Of a DNA stretch of 64,000 bases, positions 24,571-35,949 are shown piece after piece; position 1 is the first letter of the stretch, and every line of letters begins with the position of its first letter. Below the pieces are notes generated by a model. It saw only the letters and a list, made by a program, of their open reading frames with translations. It did not search any database and was not told where the DNA came from. The stretch covers positions 16,653,360 to 16,717,359 of the forward strand of contig NC_052164.1 of NCBI RefSeq assembly GCF_902713615.1, read 5' to 3'. Position numbers and translations under genes: made by a program. This DNA is from Scyliorhinus canicula. Its lineage: Eukaryota.

Positions 24571-25076
24571 AGAGAATTTAGCTCATTAAAAGATATATCA
24601 AACTATTGTACAGAGCCAGTGCCCCAACACCTCTGTATTACTCTGCAGCCTCACAATGAGCAGCAGCAACAGCTTGTCATCCAACATAGACACAAGATAG
24701 GACACCACTCAATTACTGAATGGTAGAAACATCTTTCATTGGGGTTATCTGTTCGACATAAATATCTGGGAAGTTAACCAACAGCTTTGCAACCAACTTT
24801 TATTTTGCATTATTTATTTATTTAACTTTAAAAAAAATTCAGAGTGCCCAATATTATTTTTCCCAATTAAGGGGCAATTTAATGTGGCCAATCCACCTAA
24901 CCTGCACATCTTTGGGCTGTGGGGATGTGACCCTCATAGACATGGGGAGAATGTGCATACTCCACATGGATTGTGACCTAGAGCCGGGATCGAACGCGGG
25001 TCCTCAGCGCCGTGAGGCAGCAGCAAACAACTTTTATAATATTTCAGTTCAAAAATATTATTGATCCTGTACCCTT

Positions 25077-25302
25077 TTTTTAAATAAATTTAGATTAGCC
25101 AATTATTATTTCCAATTAAGGGGCAATTTAGCGTGGTCAATCCACCTACTCTGCACATTTTTGGGTTGTGGGGGCGAAACCCACGCAGACACGGGGAGAA
25201 TGTGCAAACTCCACACGGACAGTGACCCAGAGCCGGGATCGAACCTGGGACCTCAGCGTCGTGAGGCGGTTGTGCTAACCACTAGGCCACCGTGCTGCCC
25301 TC
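25077..25302 (-). mobile_element. Young short tRNA-derived SINE with A-rich tail and 15-bp TSD
   Basis: TSD tgatcctgtaccctt at 25062-25076 and 25303-25317; empty site at ~5514; A and B boxes intact. Confidence 0.9.
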
Positions 25303-26894
25303 TGATCCTGTACCCTTGATCATCAGATCAGAAAACAGGAGCAGGTGTAGGCTATTCAACTGCTTCAGCCTCCTTCACCTTTCAATAGGATCATTGGTGA
25401 TCATCTTCCAAGATTACATAGACTCTGGAGTAGTTCCTATTGGTTAGAGGGTAGCTAATGTAACCCAACTATTTAAAAGGGGAGGCAGAGATGAAATGCA
25501 GAATTATAGACCAGTCAGCCTGACATCGCTCGGGACGAAATTTGTAGAGTCCATTATCAAAGTTTTATCATCAGAGCACGAGGAAAACAGTGGCAGAATC
25601 AAACAGAGAACATGGATTTACCAAAGGGAAATCATGTTTGTCAAATCTATTGGAATTGTTTGGAGATGTAGCTTGTAAAGTTGAGGAGGGTGAGCCAGTG
25701 GATGTGGTTTATTTGATAGAATCCCCACAGTGCAGCAGGCCATTGGCTCATCGCATCTGCACCGACCCAGCTATCCACAATTTACATTCATGATTTAGAT
25801 GAGGGAAATAAATGTAATAGGCACGATTCAACTAAAAGGGAACAAGGTCCCATAGCGAGTACGTTTAGCCACATGCTTCCCTGTGCTTGCAGCGCTGAGA
25901 AACACATGGCCATAAAATGCTTCTCACGTTAAATAATGGGCATATATGGGGAAGGCCAAGGCCGCACATAACCCAGTTTTGTGAATCGAGAAGCTCCGCT
26001 CACCAGATCCCCTCAGAGCAGCGAGAGATCGGGATGTATTTTTAAATGGCATCCTGATCGCCAAGGCCCAACCCCCCATTCCCATCCCCCCAAGGCCCAA
26101 TGCACATTAGGAGGGATCAAGCCCCCCCCCCCCCCCCCCCCCACCCTCCCAAAACCCACCCCAGCACCTTCGGCCCGATCGCCAGCACACAAAAAGATGA
26201 TGTTGTGCCAGGGACTCGGAGCTACTGTAGGTGGGGGTGGGGGTGAGTGACGTGGCAGAATTCCAGCATTTGGAGAACAGGAAGATCTCATTACGGGGGA
26301 TTGGGGGTGGGGAGGAGGGGGGGGGGGGGGGGGTCGGGGAGGTGTTCAGCCGTTCATCGATTACATCAAGGTGGATTAAGGTGTCAGCCGGGATACGGGG
26401 AGGGGGGTTGGTTTTGGGGGGAAAATAAGAGGGGAAAAAGCCAAGGGGGCAGGAAGAGTTGTGGGCTTGATATCGGTGGTTGTTGTGGGCCTGTGTCCTT
26501 TGTTTCTGTGGTTTTCTGGTATATCTATGTACATATGCAAAATGCCTTCCCAGAATATTTTTTCAAAAAGGGAATTCATTCTCTGGGTTTCAAAATAATC
26601 CAATTTACAATGATTTTTTGTTTTACTGAGTGTTAAATAAGTAAGTACCCAGTTTTCAGTTGTTTAATATCAATTCATTTTTATTAAGTAAAACAGCTGA
26701 ATAATCATCAATACATTCAAAGGTGTTTATTATTCCAATAAACACATACCTAGAAATAATCCGCAACAATGCTGGTAACAGCACAGTAGCAAACTAAAAT
26801 AATTCAGCATTATTCCCTCAGGTCAGGGTCACAGAAACTCGTGTCGGTCTATAAACAATTCTTACTTCTCACAAAAGTTTACTGTAAACGAGCT

Positions 26895-27554
26895 TTAATT
26901 GTCCATTTTCCCATCCACCTCATTTCTCATCTCATCTTTCCCACTCTCCTCTCTCTGTGCCACTTGGTCAGGATTTAGCCGGGGAGTGGTTGTTGTGTCA
27001 GAGGTGATGCTGATGGGCACAGTTCGTTCATTCCCGGCTGGCAGTGCCAGTCGTGGGGCTTGAACCTTTAGGTGACCGTCCTGTGACAAACAGCAGTTCA
27101 GACCTTCAGCATCGACATCGTCTGGCAGCTGAAATTCTTTCCTGAACTCTTCATATTTGTAGCTGTAAGAGCCGCTGCCATCATCCCTTTTCTTCTCGTG
27201 TTTTCCTGTCACCAGCACTTTTCTTCCAAGTACTTTCACCTTCAGTTCTTCTGGGGAGAATCGCTGCACATCCAGGGACAGAGAAAATCCATCTCCATCC
27301 TTGTCCCCTGATTGTCTTTTACCTTCTTCAGTATTATCAGGTCTGTTGTCCTGATTGGTTGGTTTTTCCACCAGAAATTCTTTTGCCAGCTCCCCAAGAA
27401 CTCTATCCATGAAGTTCATGCTCTTTCTTGCTTCTTCCACCTGATTCCACATGTTGCATTCCAGCGACTGACAGACCCTGTGTGGAACAGGCCACAATGT
27501 GTACACAGGCTGCTGGCACAGACGTGAAGGGGGGAAAGCCCGACAGCTCAGCAT
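26895..27554 (-). CDS. hsp30: HSP30/HSPB9-like, copy 6 (219 aa, intact)
   Basis: ATG at 27554; complete domain; HSE 27804-27828 and TATA upstream. Confidence 0.9.
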   Translation of the reverse strand: MLSCRAFPPSRLCQQPVYTLWPVPHRVCQSLECNMWNQVEEARKSMNFMDRVLGELAKEFLVEKPTNQDNRPDNTEEGKRQSGDKDGDGFSLSLDVQRFSPEELKVKVLGRKVLVTGKHEKKRDDGSGSYSYKYEEFRKEFQLPDDVDAEGLNCCLSQDGHLKVQAPRLALPAGNERTVPISITSDTTTTPRLNPDQVAQREESGKDEMRNEVDGKMDN

Positions 27555-28290
27555 TGTCTCTGCCTCTTCTCTCACTTCTCTCAAAGCCACTGATGTGAAC
27601 TGCCTGTCTTCAGTCTCTGATCTGCTGTAGCACACTAGCACTCAGAACACACGCCTTATATATTCCACTGCCAGAGATGCAGACCCTTCCAGAATGAACT
27701 CAACTTTGCTGAGTTCATGACATGTGAGTGGACAATAAATGACGTCTCGTCTTATCCTTGATTTAAAGGAGAATGACTCGACTCAGTGACACCCACTGGA
27801 GCCATTCCAGAGATTTCCGGAATGTTCTCAGCCAGGGACAGCACAGATGGGAGGAGCAATGTTAATGAGTGACAGCCTAGCAGCAGGCAGTGTGTGCAGC
27901 AATGTCAGATTCTTTATCAACCGGGAGCTGAGAGATTCTCGATATAACAGAAATTCACTATTCATTTTCAATATTTGCAAACCTGACAACAAGTCACCTA
28001 ACGGACAACAGGTAAATTATAAACTTTATTTGCACCTATTTGATTTTTAAATATATATTATCATTCATACAAGGGAACAAATGCCTCTCTGTGGGATAGA
28101 ATCAGAACCTCACTGAAGCTAAACCAAACTGGTTTGAATTTCCCTCCTTCCCACTCTGCTCAATATCACGTCAACATGTTAAAAATCAATGACAAGAGCA
28201 AAACTAGAAAGACAAAGACTGAACCCTCATTCACTCACAATATCAGTTTTTATTCCAATGAGTTAAACACACCCGGTCGATAAAGAATTT

Positions 28291-28372
28291 ATCTGAAGAA
28301 GGAGCCGTGCTCCGAAAGCTCGTGTTTGAAACAAACCTGTTGGACTTTAACCTGGTGTTGTAAGACTTCTTA
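28291..28372 (+). mobile_element. 82-bp Penelope-like fragment with a minimal hammerhead ribozyme motif and 13-bp TSD
   Basis: TSD cgataaagaattt at 28278-28290 and 28373-28385; CTGAAGA-a-GGAGC-cgt-GCTCC-GAAA-GCTC; absent from the paralogs at ~8795, ~3645 and ~34705. Confidence 0.7.
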
Positions 28373-28463
28373 CGATAAAGAATTTGACATTGCTGCACAC
28401 ACTGCCTGCTGCTAGGCTGTCACTCATTAACATTGCTCCTCCCATCATTGCTGTCCCTGGCTG

Positions 28464-28637
28464 AGAACATTCCGGAAATCTCTGGAATGGCTCCAGTGGG
28501 TGTCACTGAGTCGAGTCATTCTCCTTTAAATCAAGGATGAGACGAGACGTCATTTATTGTCAACTCACGGGTCATGAACCCAGCAAAGTTGAGTTCATTC
28601 TGGAAAGGTCTGGGTTTCTGGCAGTAGAATATATAAG
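28464..28637 (+). promoter_or_regulatory. Copy 7 promoter: HSE 28464-28488, TATA 28630-28637
   Basis: aGAAc aTTCc gGAAa tcTCt gGAAt; TATATAAG. Confidence 0.8.
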
Positions 28638-28729
28638 GCGTGTGTTCTGAGTGCTGCAGCAGATCAGAGACTGAAGACTGGCAGTTCACATCAGTGGCTT
28701 TGAGAGAAGTGAGAGAAGAGGCAGAGACA

Positions 28730-29389
28730 ATGCTGAGCTGTCGGGCTTTCCCCCCTTCACGTCTGTGCCAGCAGCCTGTGTACACATTGTGGCCTGTTCC
28801 ACACAGGGTCTGTCAGTCGCTGGAATGCAACATGTGGAATCAGGTGGAAGAAGCAAGAAAGAGCATGAACTTCATGGATAGAGTTCTTGGGGAGCTGGCA
28901 AAAGAATTTCTGGTGGAAAAACCAAACAATCAGGACAACAGACCTGATGATAATGAAGAAGGTAAAATTCAATCAGGGGACAAGGATGGAGATGGATTTT
29001 CTCTGTCCCTGGATGTGCAGCGATTCTCCCCAGAAGAACTGAAGGTGAAAGTACTTGGAAGAAAAGTGCTGGTGACAGGAAAACACGAGAAGAAAAGGGA
29101 TGATGGCAGCGGCTCTTACAGCTACAAATATGAAGAGTTCAGGAGAGAATTTCAGTTGCCAGACGATGTCGATGCTGAAGCTCTGAACTGCTGTCTGTCA
29201 CAGGACGGTCGGTTAAAGGTTCAAGCCCCATGCCTGGCACTGCCAACCGGGAATGAACGAACTGTGCCCTTCAACATCACCTCTTACATAACAACCACCC
29301 CCCGGCTAAATCCTGACCAAGAGGCACAGAGACAGGAGAGTGGGAAAGATGAGAAGATAAATGAGGCGGATGGAAAAATGGAAAATTAA
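28730..29389 (+). CDS. hsp30: HSP30/HSPB9-like, copy 7 (219 aa, intact; 2 aa different from copy 3)
   Basis: ATG at 28730, TAA at 29389. Confidence 0.9.
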   Translation: MLSCRAFPPSRLCQQPVYTLWPVPHRVCQSLECNMWNQVEEARKSMNFMDRVLGELAKEFLVEKPNNQDNRPDDNEEGKIQSGDKDGDGFSLSLDVQRFSPEELKVKVLGRKVLVTGKHEKKRDDGSGSYSYKYEEFRREFQLPDDVDAEALNCCLSQDGRLKVQAPCLALPTGNERTVPFNITSYITTTPRLNPDQEAQRQESGKDEKINEADGKMEN

Positions 29390-32300
29390 AACTCACTTAC
29401 AGTGAACTTTTTAAAGAAGTAAGAGTTGTTTATCGACAGAACTGAGCTTCTGTGACCCTGACAGGGGACAATGCTGAAAGTTAATTATTTCCACTTGTAT
29501 TTGGTACTGTGCTGTTGTCAGCGTTAATGTGGAGTATTTCTATGTGTATGTATATTGGAATAATAAATACTTTTGAATGAAATGATGATGATTTGGCTTT
29601 TTTACTTCATAGAAAGAAATTGATATTAAACAACTGGAACTAAATAATGACTTATTTTCCACTCAGTAAAAAAAAACTTTTAAATTGGATTAACTGAAAA
29701 CCCAGACAAATAATTCAATCAGCCAAGATCTGCCTCAAAGAGAATTTAGCTCATTAAAAGATATATCAAACTATTGTACAGAGCCAGTGCCCCAACACCT
29801 CTGTATTACTCTCCAGCCTCACAATGAACAGCAGCAACAGCTTGTCATCCAACACAGACACAAGACAGGACACCACTCAATTACTGAGTGGTGGAAACAT
29901 CTTTCATTGGGGTTACCTGTTTGACATAAATACCTGGGAAGTAAACCATCCTAACAGCTTTGCAAACTTCTATTTCACTTTATTTATTTACTTAATTAAA
30001 AAATAAGTTTAGAGTACCCAATAATTTATTTTCCAATCAAGGGGTAATTTAACGTGGCCAATCCACCTGACCTGCACATCTTTGGGCTGTGGGGGTGTGA
30101 CCCTCATCAACATAGGGAGAATGCGCAAACTCCACATGGACTGTGACCCAGAGCCGGGATTGAACGCGGGAGGCAGCAGCAAACAACTTTTATAATGTTT
30201 CAGTTCAATAACATTATTGATCCAGGACCCTTGATCATCAGAACTTTAATAAGGAGCAGTTGTCGGCCATTAATCTGCTTCAGTCTCCTTCACCTTTCAA
30301 TAGGATCATTGGTTGCCATCTTCCAAGATTATATAGACTCTGGAGCAGTTCCTATTGGTTAGAGGGTAGCTCATGTAACCCCACTATTTAAAAGGGGAGG
30401 CAGAGGTAAACACAGAATTATAGACCAGTCAGCCTGACATTGGTAGTGGGGACAAATTTAAAGTCCATTATCAAAGAATTATTAGCAGACCACTGAGAAA
30501 ACAGTCAGAATCAGACAGAGAACATGGATTTACCAAAGGGAATTCATGTTTGACAAATCTATGGGAATTCTTTGAGGATGGGGCATTTGGGGCAGCAGGG
30601 TAGCATGGTGGTGAGCATAAATGCTTCACAGCTTCAGGGTCCCAGGTTCGATTCCCGGCTGGGTCACTGTCTGTGCGGAGTCTGCACGTCCTCCCCGTGT
30701 GTGCGTGGGTTTCATCCGGGTGCTCCGGTTTCCTCCCACAGTCCAAAGATGTGCGGGTTAGGTGGATTGGCCATGCTAAATTGCCCGTAGTGTCCTAAAA
30801 AGTAAGGTTAAGAGGGGGGTTGTTGGGTTACGGGTATAGTGTGGATACGTGGGTTTGAGTAGGGTGATCATGGCTCGGCACAACATCGAGGGCCGAAGGG
30901 CCTGTTCTGTGCTGTACTGTTCTATGTTCTATGTAGCTTGTAGAGTTGATGAGGGTGAGCCAGTGGATGTGGTTTATTTCATAGAATTCCAACAGTGCAG
31001 AAGGCGGTCATTTGGCACATTGAGTCTGAACCGACCCTCCAAAAGTGCTGCCATCCCAGGTCCACCCCCCCCCCCCCCCCCCCCCCCACCCCCACCCTAG
31101 CCATGTAACCGCGCAACTCCACCTAACCTTTAGACTCTAAGGGGCAATTAAGCATTGCCAATCACCTATCCTGTCCATTTTTGGAATTAGTGAAGGCTTT
31201 CAAAAGTGCCATGTAAGAGATTAGAGTGTAAAGTTAAAGCGCATGGGATTGGAACAGTCTATTGATATGGAGAAAAAACTGGTCGAAGACAGGAAACAAA
31301 GAGTAGGACTGGAGAGATATTTTTCCAAATGGCAGCCAGAGTCTAGTGGGTTACCTCAGGGATTGGGGCTGGCACCCGAGCGATCCACAATTTATATCAA
31401 TGATTTAGATGTGGGAAGTAAATGTAATGGGCGCGAGCCAACTAAAAGGGAACAAAGTCCCAATGCGAGTGCGTTTAGCCACATGTTTCCCGGTGCTTGC
31501 AGTGCGGAGAAACATATGGCTATAAAATGCCTCTCACGAGGCCTAAGTGGGGAACGCATGCCCGAGGCTGCACTTAGACCCGATATGTGCACTGAGGGTT
31601 TCCACGTGCCGATTTCCTAAGTGTAGCGAGAGATCGGGACACATTTTTGAATGGCATTCTGATCTTCAATGCCCACGGTTCAACTCCCCACTTCCCCCAA
31701 GGCCCAACGCACTATAGGAGGGTACTATCTGCCCCCACCCCATCCCCAACACCTGCGCAGGGCACCTTTGGCCCGATCACAGCACACAAAAAGCCAGCTT
31801 GGCACAATGGCAGTGCCACCTGGCCACCTTGGCACTGCATGGTTGTCAATTGAGAGACGGGAATATGCAACAAGATCTTGGTGTCCTCATACAGCAGTTG
31901 CTGGAGGTAAGTATACAGGTTGATAGGTTATTGATTTATTGGTTCATTGATTTATTGGTGTCTTTAGGTACTGGTTGACTGCATAGCTAGAGAATGGAAT
32001 TATTCAAAAGGCTATGACTGTGAAGAGATAGTCATTGGTTCAGACAATGAATAAACTTTTGATCTTGGAGTCAAGTCTGCAGAAATTCAGACATTTGTTT
32101 CAACAAATGTTTCATACAATGAATAGACCATTGTATTCCGTGCATGTAGCAATAAGAATGTATCTATTAAGCAGTTACAGCAAGGTTGATGGATAACAGT
32201 GTCTTGAGAATCCCCTTCTCATAAGGCAGCGCACGTAGACCCTAAATTATTCCTTACGGATACCAATCTTATGTAATGGCCAATGTTTAATTAATAAATT

Positions 32301-33392
32301 GCCCTTTAAGTATCAGGAATCTATTTGAACCAACCAGGAGATCTCAGCTGAGAATTAGTAACCAACGAGAGTAAATGAGAGACTAGTCCATAGATAAGGA
32401 TTTAGAGAAAATCTTTAGAGGATTTAGAGAAAATTTTAGAGTCCATTATCAAAGTTTTATTAGCAGAGCACTTGGAAAACAGTGGCAGAATCAGACAGAG
32501 AACATGGATTTACCAAAGGGAAATCATGTTTGTCAAATCTATTGCAATCCTTTGGAGATGTTGCTTGTAAAGTTGAGGAGGGTGAGCCAGTGGATGTGGT
32601 TTATTTGATAGAAGCCCCACAGTGCAGCAGGCCATTGGCTCATCGAGTCTGCACCGACCCACCAAAAGTGCGGCCCTTCCAGGTCCACACCCCCAGCCTA
32701 GCCATGTAAACAGGTAACTCCAACTAACATTTGGACTCTAAGGGGCAATTAGGCATCACCAATCACCTCACCCGTCCATTTTTGGACTTACAGAAGGCTT
32801 TCGACAAAGTCCCACATAAGAGATTAGACTGGAAAGTTAAAACGCATGGGATTGGGCTAGTCTATTGAGGTGGAGAGAAATCTGATCGAAGACAGGAAAC
32901 AAAGAGTAGGAAAAGAGAGATCTTTTTCCAAATGGCAGCCAGAGACTAGTGGGTTACATCAGGGATTGGGGCTGGCACCCCAGCTACCAACAATTTATAT
33001 TTATGATTTAGATGAGGGAAATAAATGTAATAGGCACGATTCAACTAAAAGGGAACAAAGTCCCACAGCGAGTACGTTTAGCCACATGCTTCCCCGTGCT
33101 TGCAGCGCTGAGAAACACATGGCTATAAAATGCTTCTCACGGTAAATAATGGGCATATATGGGGAAGGCCAAGGCCGCACATAGCCCAGTTTTGTGAATT
33201 GAGGAGCTCCGCTCACCAGATCCCCTCAGAGCAGCGAGAGATTGGGATGCATTTTTAAATGGCATCCTGATCTCCAAGGCCCACGGTGCGACCCCCCATT
33301 CCCACTCCCCCCCAAGGCCCAAAGAACAATAGGAGGGTCCCAGCTCCCACCCCTCCCATAACCTACCCCAGCACCTTCGGCTCGGTCACCAG

Positions 33393-33870
33393 TGTCTTGT
33401 TATGCTCTTGGCGTAGCATAAGCGGCTTCGTTGATGTGCACTCTGACAAAGGAAGGTTCAGACATGGTGATAACGTCAACACGTTTATTGAACTATTTAC
33501 AATTCTCCTACTCGGGTTCGACTCTACTGTTAATCCTTTTATAGCTACTCAGACTGACTAGCTAGTCTGCTACAATCCACGTGGTGGGTGTGATATTGAA
33601 TCAACCCTGTGTCTCTACTCACTCAGTGTCTCCACTGGAAAGAGAAAGATCATGTGTGTTGTGTCCTTTACATATGGCTTGGTGTAATGCCCCCCCTGTG
33701 GTAGTGTCACCCCTGTGTGTATCATGAATGCCCATTGGTCGTGTCCTATCTGACTGTTCTATTGGTTGATTGTCTGTGTGTCGTGTCTCTGGCGCTCCCT
33801 CTAGTGTCTAGCTAGACTACGTGTACTTACATTAACCACTTGTGTACCTACAATGATGCATATCACCACA
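33393..33870 (-). mobile_element. Solo LTR, 478 bp, TG...CA, 5-bp TSD
   Basis: TSD accag at 33388-33392 and 33871-33875; empty site gatcaccagcacac at ~6701; minus-strand AATAAA near 33485. Confidence 0.8.
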
Positions 33871-34793
33871 ACCAGCACACTAAAAGACGTTGTTGTGCCG
33901 GTGGCACTCGGAGCCACTGAAGGTGGGGTTGTGGGTGAGTGACCTGGCAGAATTGCTGCATTTTGAGAACAGGAAGATCTCATTACGGGGGATGGGGGTG
34001 GGGGGGGGGGGGGATGTGTTCAGTCGGAGATGGAAGCCGTTCATCGATTACATCAAAGGGGATTACGGTGTCAGCCGGGGACAGGGAGGGGGGGTTGATT
34101 TTGAGGTGCAAATAAGAGGGGAAAAGCCAAGGGGGCAGGAAGAGGTGTGGGGTTGGTATCGGTGGTTGTTGTGGGCCTGTGTCCTTTGTTTCTGTGGGTT
34201 TCTGGTATAACTGTATACATATGCAAAATGCCTTCCCAGAATATTGTTTCAAAAATGGAATTAATTTTCTGGGTTGAAAAATAATCCAATTTACAATGAT
34301 TTTTTGTTTTACTGAATGTGAGATTCTTTATGAACCGGGTGTGTTTAACAGAATGGAATCTAAACTGATATTGTGAGTGAATGAGGGTTCAGTCTTTGTC
34401 TTTCTAGTTTTGCTCTTGTCATTGATTTTTAACATGTTGACGTGATATTGAGCAGAGTGGGAAGGAGTGAAATTCAAACCAGTTTGGTTTAGCTTCAGTG
34501 AGGTTCTGATTCTATCCCACAGAGAGGCATTTGTTCCCTTGTATGAATGATAATATATATTTAAAAATCAAATAGGTACAAATAAAGTTGCTGTGCTGTT
34601 TATAATTTACCTGTTTTGCGTTAGGTGACTTGTTGTCAGGTTTGCAAAAATTGAAAATGAATAGTGAATTACTGATATATCCAGAATCTCTCAGCTCCCG
34701 GTTGATAAAGAATCTGACATTGCTGCACACACTGCCTGCTGCTACGCTGTCACTCATTAACATTGCTCCTCCCATCTGTGCTGTCCCTGGCTG

Positions 34794-34967
34794 AGAACAT
34801 TCCGGAAATCTCTGGAAAGGCTCCAGTGGGTGTCACTGAGTCGAGCCATTCTCCTTTAAATGAATGATGAGATGAGACGTCATTTATTGTCAACTCACAT
34901 GTCATGAACCCAGCAAAGTTGAGTTCATTCTGGAAAGGTCTGGGTTTCTGGCAGTAGAATATATAAG
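34794..34967 (+). promoter_or_regulatory. Copy 8 promoter: HSE 34794-34818, TATA 34960-34967
   Basis: Same nGAAn array and TATATAAG. Confidence 0.8.
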
Positions 34968-35059
34968 GCGTGTGTTCTGAGTGCTGCAGCAGATCAGAGA
35001 CTGAAGACTGACAGTTCACATCAGTGGCTTTGAGAGAAGTGAGAGAAGAGGCAGAGACA

Positions 35060-35713
35060 ATGCTGAGCTGTCGGGCTTTCCCCCCTTCACGTCTGTGCCA
35101 GCAGCCTGTGTACACATTGTGGCCTGTTCCACACAGGGTCTGTCAGCCGCTGGAATGCAACATGTGGAATCAGGTGGAAGAAGCAAGAAAGAGCATGAAC
35201 TTCATGGATAGAGTTCTTGGGGAGCTGGCAAAAGAATTTTGGGAGGCAAAGCCAAAAAATCAGGACAACAGACCTGATGATAATGAAGAAGGCAAAAGAC
35301 AATCAGGGGACAAGGATGGAGATGGATTTTCTCTGTCCCTGGATGTGCAGCGATTCTCCCCAGAAGAACTGAAGGTGAAAGTACTTGGAAGAAAAGTACA
35401 GGTGACAGGAAAACACGAGAAGAAAAGGGATGATGGCAGCGGCTCTTACAGCTACAAATATGAAGAGTTCAGGAGAGAATTTCAGCTGCCAGACGATGTC
35501 GATGCTGAAGCTCTGAACTGCTGTTTGTCACAGGACGGTCGGTTAAAGGTTCAAGCCCCACGCCTGGCACTGCCAACCGGGAATGAACGAACTGTGCCCG
35601 TCAGCATCACCTCTGACGCAACAACCACTCCTCGGCTAAATCCTGACCAAGAGGCACAGGCGAGTGGGAAAGATGAGAAGAGAAATGAGGTGGATGCAAA
35701 AATGGACAATTAA
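35060..35713 (+). CDS. hsp30: HSP30/HSPB9-like, copy 8 (217 aa, intact; 6-nt in-frame tail deletion; divergent 3'UTR)
   Basis: ATG at 35060, TAA at 35713; AATAAA near 35876 and 35887. Confidence 0.9.
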   Translation: MLSCRAFPPSRLCQQPVYTLWPVPHRVCQPLECNMWNQVEEARKSMNFMDRVLGELAKEFWEAKPKNQDNRPDDNEEGKRQSGDKDGDGFSLSLDVQRFSPEELKVKVLGRKVQVTGKHEKKRDDGSGSYSYKYEEFRREFQLPDDVDAEALNCCLSQDGRLKVQAPRLALPTGNERTVPVSITSDATTTPRLNPDQEAQASGKDEKRNEVDAKMDN

Positions 35714-35949
35714 AACTCATTTACAGTGAACTTTAGTGAGATGTAAATATAGTACAATGTAGAACTGCATTTCTGAGACTTTGATACGATGCTAAAAATG
35801 ATGTCTTGTTTTCTTCTTGTCTGCATTGAACTTTTCACTGTGCCTTCCTTGGCATTCATGTGGAATATTCATATAAATAAATTAGAATAAACATGTTGAA
35901 ATTGTGATGGCTATGATTCAGCTTCTTCACACAGTAAAAATAAAGGTTT

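Larger units (their letters stand above)
24571..32400 (+). repeat. ~7.8-kb segmental duplicate of ~5018-12800
   Basis: Collinear SINE, CR1, L1-tail, hsp30 pair, SINE and LTR content; the 9810-12800 / 29390-32400 part is nearly identical. Confidence 0.9.

Noticed and set aside
25230-25302. tRNA-like A/B boxes as tRNA genes
   Set aside because: They are SINE heads continuing into SINE body and tail, with a TSD
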